Positions 38,471-50,490 of a stretch of 64,000 bases of DNA are shown piece after piece. Positions within the stretch are counted from its first letter, which is position 1, and every line of letters starts with the position of its first letter. The notes under the pieces were generated by a model. That model was not told where the DNA came from. It did no database searches and saw nothing but the letters and a program-made list of their open reading frames with translations. A program made the translations under genes and the position numbers. The stretch spans positions 187,054,001-187,118,000 of the forward strand of contig OX597814.1 of assembly GCA_951406725.2 (NCBI GenBank), in the 5' to 3' direction. The stretch comes from Octopus vulgaris. Its lineage: Eukaryota.

Positions 38471-40589
38471 CCTTTATTGTTACCCTTATTTTATACAATC
38501 CTGGTATGAGCGAATGGCTACACTGCTGAAACATAGCCTTCTCTGAAGCAGAAACTGAATTAGTCCTGATTTTTTTAATAATAAATAAGAACAATTATTA
38601 TTAAAAACTTCATAATATTTGATTAAATGGATTAGATTAGACTTGTTTTCAAGTTAGGGTTCTGAGCTTTCATTTATATAAATTAAATCTGTACTTGGTG
38701 TACAGAAAAGTATATAACCTACTCCAGATACACTGATTTTCTTTTTTTCAGAAAAATCACCCAACCTAAACTGGCAATAAAAATGTATATAAATAGAATC
38801 ATTCATAAATTGTTTGACTCCTGATATAAAAGGTTTATTCAGTGGTTACATATTCTATATAATCACAACATAAGGTTTTATGCAGTATATCCTTCTACTG
38901 AATAGCCAACATAAATTAGAGGGAGTGGAATAAAAGTGATCATACAGATAGAAAATAAAACCTGTTATTGAGCATACCAGTTACTGAAAGGACTAGAAAA
39001 ATTAGTTATTAATGCCAAATTAAATACTTTCTGAAAAGTCCCTGGTTGACTACATTATTTAACTGTTAGACACCACATTCAAACACCAGCTACTACTACT
39101 TGACAATTTCATTTGCTTCTGTTCTATTTTCTGTTCTGTTCATTTGCTTCTGTTCTTGAAGTGGTAACTGGTGGAACTTTGGAAACAGCAGTGGCATAGT
39201 TTAACTCTATTCCTGTTTGCCACTCTCTGTTTGTTTCTCTCTGCCTCTTCTAAACAGAAAAACCTCAAATGGCCTTTACTACTACTGGTGCAGCAAGTGA
39301 ACCTTCCATCCTGCACTGCCTGTCTGATTAACCTTTCTGTTCTCTCAATGAAATACAATGTTGTTAGGATCTAGATGCCCATGCAGACTCACACTCCATG
39401 ACACTACATGTTGTGGATCATCAATGCACTCACTACATGTTCATACTGTTGGACAAATATGAGATGAAGCCACGAGATGACATCCATACTAAGTACCTTT
39501 CTTTCGCTAATAGTTTTAAGTGGCAATGTTGCAGTAAGCAAACACAGACATCTTGGCTCTCCAATCTATTGATTCATTAGAAAACTGAAGATGGGAGAGC
39601 AGGAGGGAGGGAGGGAGATCTGGACCAACACAATACTGGGGCTCATTTTCAGTTATGTAGACAGGAGGAATGTGGAATGAAACACCTTGCTCAAGAGCAC
39701 AACACATCACCTAGTCCAGGAATTGAGACCACAACCTTGTGATTGTGAGCCCAGCACCTTTAGCACTAGGTCACACTCCTTTCGATGTGTATTTTAGTAA
39801 AACAGAGTTATGTAATTTTCCTTTTTGTTGTTCCCTAGCAAGGACCACTTTCTTTTATAGATCTCTTCCACAAAATTTTTCCCCTGATACATGATCCATG
39901 TTCAGTGTTTCTCCCTGGTTTAAAATGTTAGTATAGCTGTTGTTGTTGTATTTGATATTATAGTTAAAAAGCTATTAGTACTTTTTTTTATTCAAATTTG
40001 TTAAGTGTTCCCAACTGTGGCTATTTGTTTAATTATCATTTTTTTTGTTTGCCCCTTTTTTAAAAAAAAATCTGTTTTTGTTTTCAAACTTTTCTTTTAG
40101 GGTGTACCTTGCTTGTGGCTAATATTTCTTCCTACTCTTCAAAAGGGAGTTATATTAAATTACAAGTAAATGACATACACAAAAATATATAAATTATAAT
40201 AAAATGTCCAAGGATGAACCATATTTTTTATCTCCTGAAGGTAAATGGTGTGGCTGTTCACATGTTCTTAAGTTCTTCATTGGCAAAATGCAACAAAGAA
40301 AAATCTTTGCTTTCCATCAAATTAAACAAGGGAAATCCAATTCTTGCCTGGAGCTGTTGTTATACATGTCCTTTTATTGCAAACAAAAACAATAATAAAA
40401 ATGAAAATATTAATAATAATTTTTTTTATATTTGTCACATGAGCCATTCTCTTAATACAAAACATGATATAAAAGGGATTACAGTAGGTGTGGTGATTTA
40501 CACACACGACCGCAATGGTGAAACACATATAGGGAACAAATGATATAAACTTGTGTTTATCATAATTTCTCCTGTGTATATATTATTTA

Positions 40590-41310
40590 GCTTTTATTTG
40601 TTTCAGTCATTGGACTGCAGCCATGCTGGGCACTGCTTTGAAGAGTTCTTAGTCAAACAAAGTGACTCTTGTGCGTATTATTTTTTTTATACCCGATATT
40701 TATTCTATCAATCTCTTCTGCCGAATTACCAAGTAATGGGGGCTTAAACAAATTAGCATCAGTTACCAAGCAGGCACCAGGGATAAACTTAACACAAGTG
40801 CAAAGACATATGCACATAGATCTACATACATACAGGCATGCATGCATGCATAAATGACATACATACATACATACATACATACATACATACCTACATACAT
40901 ACCTACATACATACATACATACATACATACATACCTACATACATACATACATACATACCTTCATACATACATACATACATACATACCTTCATACATACAT
41001 ACATACCTACATACATACATACATACATACATACCTACATACATGGAAACATACATACATACATACATACATACATACATACACAACACATACATATATA
41101 CATACATACATACATACATGGAAACATACATACATACGTACATACATACATACATAGATACATACATACATACATACATACATAGGCTTTCAGTTTCCAC
41201 TCATAAGGCTTTGGTCAGCCCAAGGTTATAGTAGAAGGTATTTACCCAAGGTATCATGCAAAGGGGTTAAACCCAAGACTACATGATTTAAAAGCAAACC
41301 ATATGGCTAT
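40590..41310 (-). mobile_element. Diverged SINE family A with an expanded (CATA)n tract (40855-41185)
   Basis: TGTTTCAGTCATTGGACTG tail and CCCAAGG head-side remnants flank the microsatellite. Confidence 0.75.
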
Positions 41311-41328
41311 CCCTGTGATTATATATAT

Positions 41329-41800
41329 CATCATCATCATCATCGTTTAACGTCCGTTTTCCGCACTAGCACGGGTTGGACAGTTCGACCGGGGTCTGGG
41401 GAGCCAGGAGCTGCTCCAGGCTCCAGTCTGATCTGGCAGTGTTTCTACAGCTGGATACCCTTCCTAACGCCAACCACTCCGTGAGTGTAGTGGGTGCTTT
41501 TTACGTGCCACCTGCACAGGTGCCAGAGGGGTCTGGCATCGGCCATGATCGGTTGGTGCTTTTTATGTGCCACTAGCACAGAAGCCATTCGAGGCGGGGT
41601 TGGCATCAGTCACGTTCGGATGGTGCTTTTTATGTGCCACCGGCACAGAAGCTAGTCGAGGCGGCACTGGCAACGGCCACGTTCAGATGGTGCTTTTTAT
41701 GTGTCACTGGCACAGGTATCACAACTACTGTTTCCATTGATATTTGGTTCGATGTTCATGTACATGCACTTGACTCAACAGGTCTCCTCAAGCACAGCGA
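41329..41800 (-). mobile_element. RTE 3' tail with hairpin repeat array, inserted in (TA)n
   Basis: (CAT)n CGTTTAACGTCCG start; repeated GGTGCTTTTTA(C/T)GTGCCAC units. Confidence 0.88.
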
Positions 41801-42088
41801 TAATTATATATATATATAATTATTATTTGAGGGAATAAAATCCAAACTTACAAGGAAAAAATTCAATTTAGAAATACTAAATCATTTCTTAAATATAGCC
41901 ACGAAACATGTGCCGTTATTCTACCTATTCTATACATTTTTATTATTATTTTTTGAAATTTACTTAATCATTGACATTTTATTGTTATTTTAATTTTAAT
42001 ATTTCTATTATATGTACTTTTCTAGATGGTGTAATTTAATTGTTCATTTTGAATTTATAAAAGGTGTTTTTTTTCTAATTTTATATAT

Positions 42089-42361
42089 GGCCCAGTGGTT
42101 AGGGCAGCGGACTCGCGGTCGGAGGATCGCGGTTTCGATTCCCAGACCGGGTGTTGTGTGTGTTTATTGAGCGAAAACACCTAAAAGCTCCACGAGGCTC
42201 CGGCAGGTGGTGATCCCTGCTGTACTCATTCTTTCTCACTCTTTCTTCTGTTGGCCTGCTCAGGGTGGCATCGTTCAAAGGCTAAAACAATGCGAACGCA
42301 TTGTGACCAGCGATGTGTAGCAACATTTGATAGTCTGGTTGGTCACGTGATCACGTGATAT
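42089..42361 (+). mobile_element. tRNA-derived SINE family D
   Basis: GGCCCAGTGGTTAGGGCAGCGGACTC...GGTTTCGATTCCC tRNA-like head; tail (CACGTGAT)2. Confidence 0.75.
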
Positions 42362-42373
42362 AGTGAAATATAG

Positions 42374-42717
42374 GCTGTGACAGGCAAGGACATGCATAGG
42401 CTTGAAAGAAATGAAGCCAGTATGCTTCGCTGGATGTGCAATGTCAGTGTGCATGTTTGACAGAGTGTAAGCATCTTGAGAGAAAAGTTAGTCTTAAGAG
42501 ACATCAGATGTGGGGTGCAAGAGAGATGACTGCACTGGTATGGTCATGTGATGCCTATGGATAAGGACAGTTGTGTAAAAAAGTGCTGATCTCTAACTGT
42601 GAAGGCAACCTGTGGTAGAGGTAGACCCAGGAAGACATGGAATGAGGTGGTGAAGCACAATCTTCAAACTTTGAGAGTCACAGCGGTAATGACTAGTAAC
42701 TAAGATGTGCTTTGGTG
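42374..42717 (+). mobile_element. RTE LINE C-terminal fragment
   Basis: Homologous to 20460-20800 (MHRLERNEASMLRWMCNV, GRGRPRKTW). Confidence 0.85.
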
Positions 42718-43213
42718 ATGTTTTACCAGGTGCTTGTGAACGACGGATTTTGATAGGTTGAGGCTTTCTGCCAATTCTCGGGTTGTGCAATGTGGGTTAT
42801 TCTCAATTAATGACTTGATTTGGTCATCATCTGTAGTGGATGATCTGCCTGATCACTCTTTATCAATAAGGCTACAATCTCCAGCTCAGAACCTTGTGAA
42901 CCATTTCCGTACAATTTTTTTGGATAAAGAAACATCACCGTAAACTGTGTATATTTCTTTGGTTGCTTGTGAGGCATTTTTCCCTTTACAGAAAAAGAAA
43001 AGCATCAAGTGCCAAAAATGAACTTTCTTATCTTCCATTCCAAAAGGTTACAGAATTAACACAGGTTATAGGAACATAAACCTGCTTCCACGAAAAGATA
43101 GCTTAAACAGTGCTCTAAATGGAGGTGTAGTCAAATCCTATTTTATGGACTCAACCATGTTCTAAAATAAGTCGAACTACTATAAATCGGCATGAACTTT
43201 CCAGACAACCCAA
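42718..43213 (-). mobile_element. mariner transposon, 5' part (TIR plus N-terminal HTH)
   Basis: TA|TTGGGTTGTCTGGAAAGTTCATGCCGATTT TIR; ATG at 43038 MEDKKVHFWHLMLFFF.KG..ASQA...VRKWFTRF...SGR....DDDQIKSLIE.NP..TTRELA; stops. Confidence 0.9.
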
Positions 43214-43772
43214 TAATATGGCAGCCCTTTTACCTTTCCTCAGAATAACTACATCTATTTTAATTTCTACATTTTTCTCTTGGAGTAACTCGTACGTAGC
43301 TATTGGGGTTGACTAGTTTGGCTGACTACCTACCTGCCAACCTACAACTTCATGCAAATATAATTATTATCTTAACATCTATTCTAATTTCATGTTTTCT
43401 TTTTCACAAATTTAGAAGGCTAATAGTGGATCCATTTTAATAATTTAGAACTTCCTCAGTCAAAATCTTGGCCACACCTATGAATAAGACAATATTGCCT
43501 CTAAACATTTATTGGGATGAACGCTGTTGTTATGTTAGTCATTGTTGAATAAATGTCACATGTAAATAATGATAAGTAACCTAAAATGGAATGAGAAGAA
43601 AATGGAATAAGTTTTAAGCTGCAGTAAGGAATTATAACAGAAGGAAATTCAAAGAACCAGGAAGTAAATGAGTTCCAGGTCAATTATCTACACAGTAATT
43701 TCTATTATTAGCCTGAGTTCACTCGATTTTGAGAATGGATGCTTTAATTACATTCACTGCCAGTACTTTATT

Positions 43773-44170
43773 CTTTTCTACTCTAGGCACAAGGACTGAA
43801 ATTTTTGGGGAGGGAGCCAGTCAATTAGATCGATCCCAGTACATAACTGGTACTTAATTTATCGACCCTGAAAAGATGAAAAGCAAAGTCGACCTTGGCA
43901 GAATTTGAACTCAGAACGTAAAGACAGATGAAATACCTATTTCTTTACTACCCACAAGGGGCTAAACACAGAGGGGACAAACAAGGACAGACAAACGGGT
44001 CAAGTTGATTACATCGCCCCCAGTGCATAACTGGTACTTAATTTATTGAGCCCGAAAGGATGAAAGGCAAAGTCAACCTCGGCGGAATTTGAACTTAGAA
44101 CGTAATGGCAGACGAAATACGGCTATGCATTTCACCGGGCATGCTAACGTTTCTGCTAGCTTGCCACCTT
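43773..44170 (-). mobile_element. SINE family B, long dimeric form, with 16-bp TSD
   Basis: TSD CTGCCAGTACTTTATT at 43757-43772 and 44171-44186; the internal core is duplicated. Confidence 0.92.
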
Positions 44171-44326
44171 CTGCCAGTACTTTATTGAAAGATTTAAAGA
44201 CAAGATTTGAACTCAGAATGTGAAGGGACATAACTAAATACTGCAAGGCATTATGTTGAGTAGTCTACCAAAAACCCTTCACCATTTGCCTGTGTATACT
44301 TAGAAGAAATATTTTAGATTCTTTAA

Positions 44327-44798
44327 CCCTTTAGCATTCAAACTGGCCATATCTAGCCTAAATATTCCATCTGTTTTGTGTTCAAACTGACCAGGTCCAG
44401 ATTCTTGCACTTACCCCACAATGTCATTCTAAAAGTAAAACAATTGCATCATCAAAATCTTGAAGCTACAAGATAATAAATACATCATCATCATCATCAT
44501 CATTTAACGTCCGCTTTCCATGCTAGCATGGGTTGGATGATTTTGACTAAGGGCTGGCAAACCAGATGGCTGTACCAGGCTCTTAATCTTGATCTGGCAG
44601 AGTTTCTACAGCTGGATGCCCTTCCTAACGCCAACCACTCTGAGAGTGTAGTGGGTGCATTTTACGTGCCACCAGCAAGGGGGCCAGTCAAGCGGTACTG
44701 GCAACGACCTCGCTTGAATACATGATTAATTCAAAATAATGTAAATAATGTAAATAAATAAGCATTACATTTGTCAAAGTAATCTGAATGCTAAAGGG
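44327..44798 (+). mobile_element. piggyBac-like MITE with a nested RTE tail (about 44484-44718)
   Basis: TTAA|CCCTTTAGCATTCA ... TGAATGCTAAAGGG|TTAA; an uninterrupted homolog lies at 60912-61137. Confidence 0.88.
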
Positions 44799-45059
44799 TT
44801 AATCTAAGATTTTCTTGTGTAAATAAGTAGATTCTGTCATACTGTAGGCTGTGCATTATGACTCAGGCATAACAATGTTGCAAGTGATACTTCATTATAC
44901 TGTAGGATGTGAATTATAAAATTTTTTACCCTGTTCTAGGAAATGTAGATTATATTTCAGTTAATGACACACTGCACATGGGATGACACTATATCGTAGG
45001 ATGTAGATTATGGCTCATTTAATGACATTCCACTGATAAGATTATATTATACTCTAGGA

Positions 45060-45744
45060 CAGTAATCCAACCTTTTCTGCACCATTAACTGGTTTCACGC
45101 AAGACAATTTTCCACAAACCTAGGGATTGTGCCCACATGAAAACACAAAGTGCATAATATACAATCTGATTATTACATTTATGATATATATTTATAAAGA
45201 TTCAAGCGAGGTCGTTGCCAGCACTGCCTGACTGGCCCCTGTGCTGGTGGCACGTAAAAGCACCCACTACACCCTCGGAGTGGTTGGCATTAGGAAGGGC
45301 ATCCAGCTGTAGAAACTCTGCCAAATCAAAATTGGAGCCTGGTGCAGCCATCTGGTTCGCCAGCCCTCAGTCAAATCGTCCAACCCATGCTAGCATGGAA
45401 AGTGGACGTTAAACGATGATATTACATTTATAATACATATATAATGCATAAATATTAGTTATATAATACATATATAATGCCAAAACACCTGGCAGGCTGT
45501 AATAGTCAATAAGATAGAAATAAAATTTTAAAATTTATTCTTCCTGTGTGGCCCAGTACCAAAGTTTGGATTTTATTCCCTCAAATAATAATTATATATA
45601 TATATATATAATCACAGGGATAGCCATATGGTTTGCTTTTAAATCATGTAGTCTTGGGTTTAACCCCTTTGCATGATACCTTGGGTAAATACCTTCTACT
45701 ATGGCCTGGTACTGGTCTATTAGCCTGGTGGTGGAGGACCTCTG
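45060..45744 (+). mobile_element. hAT-Charlie (MER1-like) MITE with perfect 8-bp TSD and two nested insertions
   Basis: TSD CTCTAGGA at 45052-45059 and 45745-45752; ends CAGTAATCCAACC / GGAGGACCTCTG; nested RTE tail 45200-45420 and templated insert 45562-45702. Confidence 0.85.
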
Positions 45745-46389
45745 CTCTAGGATATAAATTATGACATGTTACAGATGATATTATATTACTATACAGTGTA
45801 TTATAATTGGTTTTTGACACATTACAGGTGATACTAGTGTATATTGTAGGACGTAGATTAAGATTTAGTTGAACATGTTACAGGTGATACTACAGTATAT
45901 TACAGAGTATAAGCTATGATTTGTTATAATTGATACTATTCTGTAGATTATGAATGATTCATGTTATGTTACAGGTGATACTAAATATATTGCATGATTA
46001 TGACTCAGTTATAGATGATTCTGATGTGTACTGCTAGATGAAGATTATAACATGTTGTAGCTGATACTACAGAATACTGTAGGAAATAGATTATGACTCC
46101 TCTGACATGATATATTATAAATACCACCCACCAACAAAGCTACAACTTTAGGCAAGTATAATTATTATGATGTAGATTATGATACAGTTATGATATATTA
46201 CAAATTTAATTTAATGGTAACTTCTCAAGTCCCAAACTGATGGTTCTGCTGAACATCCTGCACAGATGATTTGTTTACAATGATCGAATATTTGTGCTGC
46301 ACTCTCCCTCCGTCAAATTGACATTGCCTGTACAAGTGCACAGTGTGTGACATGTCATATGTTGAAGTCATCAACATATGATGACTTAA

Positions 46390-46620
46390 AGCGGCGAGCT
46401 GGCAGAAACGTTAGCACGTCAGGCGAAATGCGTAGCCGTATTTCGTCTGCCGTTACGTTCTGAGTTCAAATTCCGCTGAGGTCGACTTTGCCTTTCATCC
46501 TTTCGGGGTCGATAAATTAAGTACCAGTTACGCACTGGGGTCGAGGTAATTGACTTAATCCCTTTGTCTGTCCTTGTTTGTCTCCTCTGTGTTTAGCCCC
46601 TTGTGGGTAGTAAAGAAATA
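46390..46620 (+). mobile_element. SINE family B with 17-bp TSD
   Basis: GCGGCGAGCTGGCAGAAACGTTAGCAC...GAGTTCAAATTCC (B box); TSD ATATGTTGAAGTCATCA. Confidence 0.92.
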
Positions 46621-47476
46621 TATATGTTGAAGTCATCACAGAACAACATGAGATAAAATGATTTGCTCAAGAACATAACACACACTGTCGGCCCTGGGAA
46701 TTGAACCTGTGATCTAAAAATCACAAGTGCAACACCTGAACCACTAGGTCATGTCCCCTCACTATATTACAGATAGTACAACAGTATGTTATTGGATATA
46801 GATTATGACTCAGTTATATGTTACAGTTAATACTGCTGTATATTATAGGAAGTAGATTATGAATGAGTTAGTGGAGTTATTAGCATATTGCAAGTATCTT
46901 ACTGCTTCTAACTTTATTACTTTGATTTCTCAAAAGGCAGTGAAATGATGGAAATAGTAGATCAATGGACAATTAATGGATATTTATTAATCATGTTCTG
47001 GATCAATAGATATTTGTTAATCATGTTATGCTTCTTCATGTTGTGAGTTCTAATTCTGCTGGGTCATATTTGCTTGTCATATCTATGAAATCAAAACTAA
47101 TACCAGTAATGTACAAAGAATGAGTTGATCAACTGCAAGTCACCTCACTATCGATAATTTCCCTGTAGGTTTCACCTAACAACAACCTTATCAATATAAC
47201 CAGTCTTGTAGAGTCATGGAACAGACCTCAAAACTAAGCAATAAAAAATACAAAACTACAAATTTCATTTAAAAACCAGTAAAAAATCTGAGTCACTAGG
47301 TTGTTTTATTTTAATTGGTTTTCAAAGTTGCTTCATATATCTGCATAAAATACTCTATTTTACACAAGAATGTAATTATTCACACACACAAGCACACAGA
47401 CATTTGTAGCTCCACTGACTAATATGCAAATTCACTTGTTAGACAAAACAATATACAAATAACTCTTCATGGCTTT

Positions 47477-47742
47477 TCGTTTTGGGATTTAGTTTGCAAG
47501 ATTCTTTATATGAGTTCGTGTGTTGAAGCATATTCTGTTGTGTCTGGGGAGAGTCATTTTCTTTTTGTGCCTTACAATGTAACTCACTCACCGGTAAAAT
47601 TTCCACTTTTTTCTTTTTTTTAATTTTTTAATTAAAAAAAATTTTTTTTTAAATTTTTATTTTTAAATGGAAATTTTACCAGTGAGTGTCTTACATTGTA
47701 AGGCACAAAAAGAAAATGACTCTCTCCAGACACAACAGAATA
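47477..47742. mobile_element. Short foldback insertion with 11-bp TSD
   Basis: Arms 47530-47605 / 47668-47743; flanking direct repeat TTCATGGCTTT at 47466-47476 and 47743-47753. Confidence 0.8.
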
Positions 47743-49369
47743 TTCATGGCTTTGTTATACACTGAATTCCAGCCTGTATAGATAGACATCACTGTATTGA
47801 CCAGATTATCATTGTGTTGGCCAGATTATCAGATGTTGCTATACAATGCTAGCCATAATGTGCTTCCTCGCATTGTTGTAGGTTTTGAATGATATTAACC
47901 CACTGGCTAGGCAGGTAGATAAACATTTTCTCTGACTGGACCACCAACTCATCACAAGATGGGCTTTGATCATGTCTTATGGTATTGAAAATTATAAAAA
48001 GAACACCGGCTATAACTGTAATATCAATACCGTTTCCCATGGATTTTTTATCTCGTTTTTAGTTATAAAATGATTTAGACAGGAACAATGTGAAATGAAG
48101 TGTGTTTGGGAATAGAAATCACGATTGTGAACGCAACACCCAAACCACTAGGCCATATGCCTATTATACAGTTAATATACTAAGAATATTTCCAAGAGTT
48201 TTCAAAAATTCACCTTGTGTCTTTTGAACACTCTCAAACATATTTCTCAAAGAAAAGGAGTTCTTCAATGCTACTGTTCTTTATAACCTAGTCTTAAGAG
48301 GAAAATCACAATTCTTGTTCTCTTTATGTCTTCCTAATAAAATATGAATAATTGGAAGAGTGGAAGAGTTTAGCATGGTTAATGGTCAATTTAAATTGCA
48401 ACAAATCAATAGTTATGGTTAAAGGGAGGTGTAGGTGGGAATGCAGTTCCAAGGAAGAATCATTAGACAAAGAGGACTTCTCTAATTTAACAGCAATTTG
48501 GTGACTATAGTTCTTCGATTAAATCCTGTTATACATGCGTTAGTTCTTGCCTTCTCTAAAGATTATTGAATAAATTTTGGTTGCATGCTGTTATTAAGGG
48601 ATAAAAAAGTTAAGTGATATAGGATTTGTTGATTGCTATCAAGACATTTTTATTAGCTCAATAATATTTGTGATACAGAATCAATCAACTGTTTCAGAGC
48701 AGAGTTACTCAGCTCTTATTTTTGTTTACTTATTTATTTATTTATATATTGTAATTTTTAAACAATGGCATTGTCACTAGCAGGTTTCTAACTGGTTCTC
48801 TGCATTTCTGATGGCAAGAATGGCAAGAGGAGATTTGTAACTAAGGGGACTTTGGAGAGAATAATTTTTTTGCCAACATATTTCCTCTTATTGATATACA
48901 GTGAATAATACATACATACATACACACATACATGCATTCATGTATACATATATGTATGAAGGTACATAGATACATAAGAACAGACATACAAACAAACAAA
49001 CTGGCTAACACACAATTTGTATATATAATCTGTAAGCGAGACAAACATGTTAATATCATAGAACAGTTCATGTGTAAAGTTTTTTTTGTTAAATGGTTCT
49101 GGTTTCTGTTACAGGACTCAGTGACAGCCAGTTGAAGGATGAGGTATTAGAATGGATGTAAACAGTATCGAGAAAAAGAGTAGCAGCCAATCAATGTTTT
49201 TGAAACAAATTCCACATGGTATTTCATTTCAGAAGCACTGGTTGATCTGTTTTCTCACTGATGTTTACATCTTTCTTTAATCAATATCAGTAAAAGCTGT
49301 AAATGTTTGTGAAAAGGAAATATATATATATAAATGTAAATATATATTTATATCCTTTGTTTTTTTTAT

Positions 49370-49714
49370 CTTTTACTTGTTTCAGTCATTAGACTGTGGC
49401 CATGCTGAAGCACTGCTTTGAAGGGTTTTAGTCAAACAAATTGACCCCAGGACTTATTTTTTAAAGCCCTAATACTTATTCTAGTGGTCTATTTTCCCAA
49501 ACCGCTAAGTTATGGGGACATAAACATACAAACACCAGTTGTCAAGTGGTGATGGAGAGACAAACAGACATAAACACACACATACACACATAAATATACG
49601 ATAGGCTTCTTTCAATCCACTTTGGTTGGCTCAAGGCTATATTAGAAGATACTCACCCAAGGGGCCATGCACAGGGACTGAATCCAGAACCAAGTGGTTG
49701 GGAAGCAAGCTTCT
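49370..49714 (-). mobile_element. SINE family A, diverged
   Basis: Reverse-complement similarity to the consensus. Confidence 0.82.
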
Positions 49715-49959
49715 TTATTTCATAAATTGGCTATGGAAGCCGTACATAGATAGGATAGACAAGGACAGACAAACATAGAGGGTGAAGATGTTGCTTATTA
49801 TGAATGAAAAAGGTTCGCATGATGAAATATAAATGTCATGCTGTTAAAAATTATATCTTTTTTTTAATTCCAATTTAAACTTGATGATCATTGCAAATTT
49901 TACAATGTGTAACTGAAGGAAAGGCATCCAACTGCCAGATTCGAACCTTTACTTTTCCT

Positions 49960-50490
49960 CCTTCTGGCCCCCACTTACCTGGTTCCAGTCATTTACAGCT
50001 TGTTCACTACTTGCTTCCATCTTTTCGCGAACATATCCTGTGACAGGTATCTCTTCTCCATCTTGATCTTGCTATCAAGGTGGTAACAGCTTGGCAAAGT
50101 GCTTGTAAAGTGCCTCACACATCTCATCTTGTTCTTTGACCAAACGTCCATTTTTGTCAATCAAAGACCTGATTATGGCATTGTTTCATGCTGGGTCTCT
50201 ACCATACAGGCCCACCTGGCAACATTAAAAGTCCCTTGCAGCCCAATGCACATACTTTAGCCTGAACCCTGCATCCCTCATGTTTGGTTTTGAAGTGAAG
50301 GTCCAAGGCCATTTTTGCTGACAAAACTTGGGATGCAGAGCCCAATCTCAACGCCTCTTCTAAAGCCTTAAGTAGGTTCCCTTCTATCCTAGCCTTATCT
50401 AAACTTAGCTGACGGCTAAATCTAATAGACTCAAAATGTATGGCTCTTTATAGGACAAACCACCACCAGTTATTCACTACCGGTTATAGT
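49960..50490 (-). pseudogene. Tx1/L1-clade LINE ORF2 fragment, internally deleted
   Basis: VNNWWWF..RAI..ESIRFSRQL, KHEGCRVQAK, IRSLIDKNGRLV.EQDEMCEALYKHFAKL joined to the C-terminal-like KIKMEKRYLSQDMFAKRW. Confidence 0.65.

Larger units (their letters stand above)
44820..46870. repeat. Degenerate minisatellite (about 55-60-bp unit) interrupted by TEs
   Basis: Recurrent TTACAGGTGATACT..TAT..TGTAGGATGTAGATTATGA motifs. Confidence 0.65.

Noticed and set aside
39120-39600. Possible plus-strand exon after a pyrimidine tract (..CTAAACAG at about 39257)
   Set aside because: No recognisable protein or convincing donor site; cannot be supported without RNA data.
40653-41231. ORFs rich in YIHT/MYVC (also the YI-repeat ORFs near 669, 6182, 9032, 13682 and 21044)
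   Set aside because: Translations of microsatellites.
41490-41700. Repeat-spacer-like array
   Set aside because: The linkers are homologous to each other and the array is part of an RTE 3' tail found in several copies; not CRISPR.
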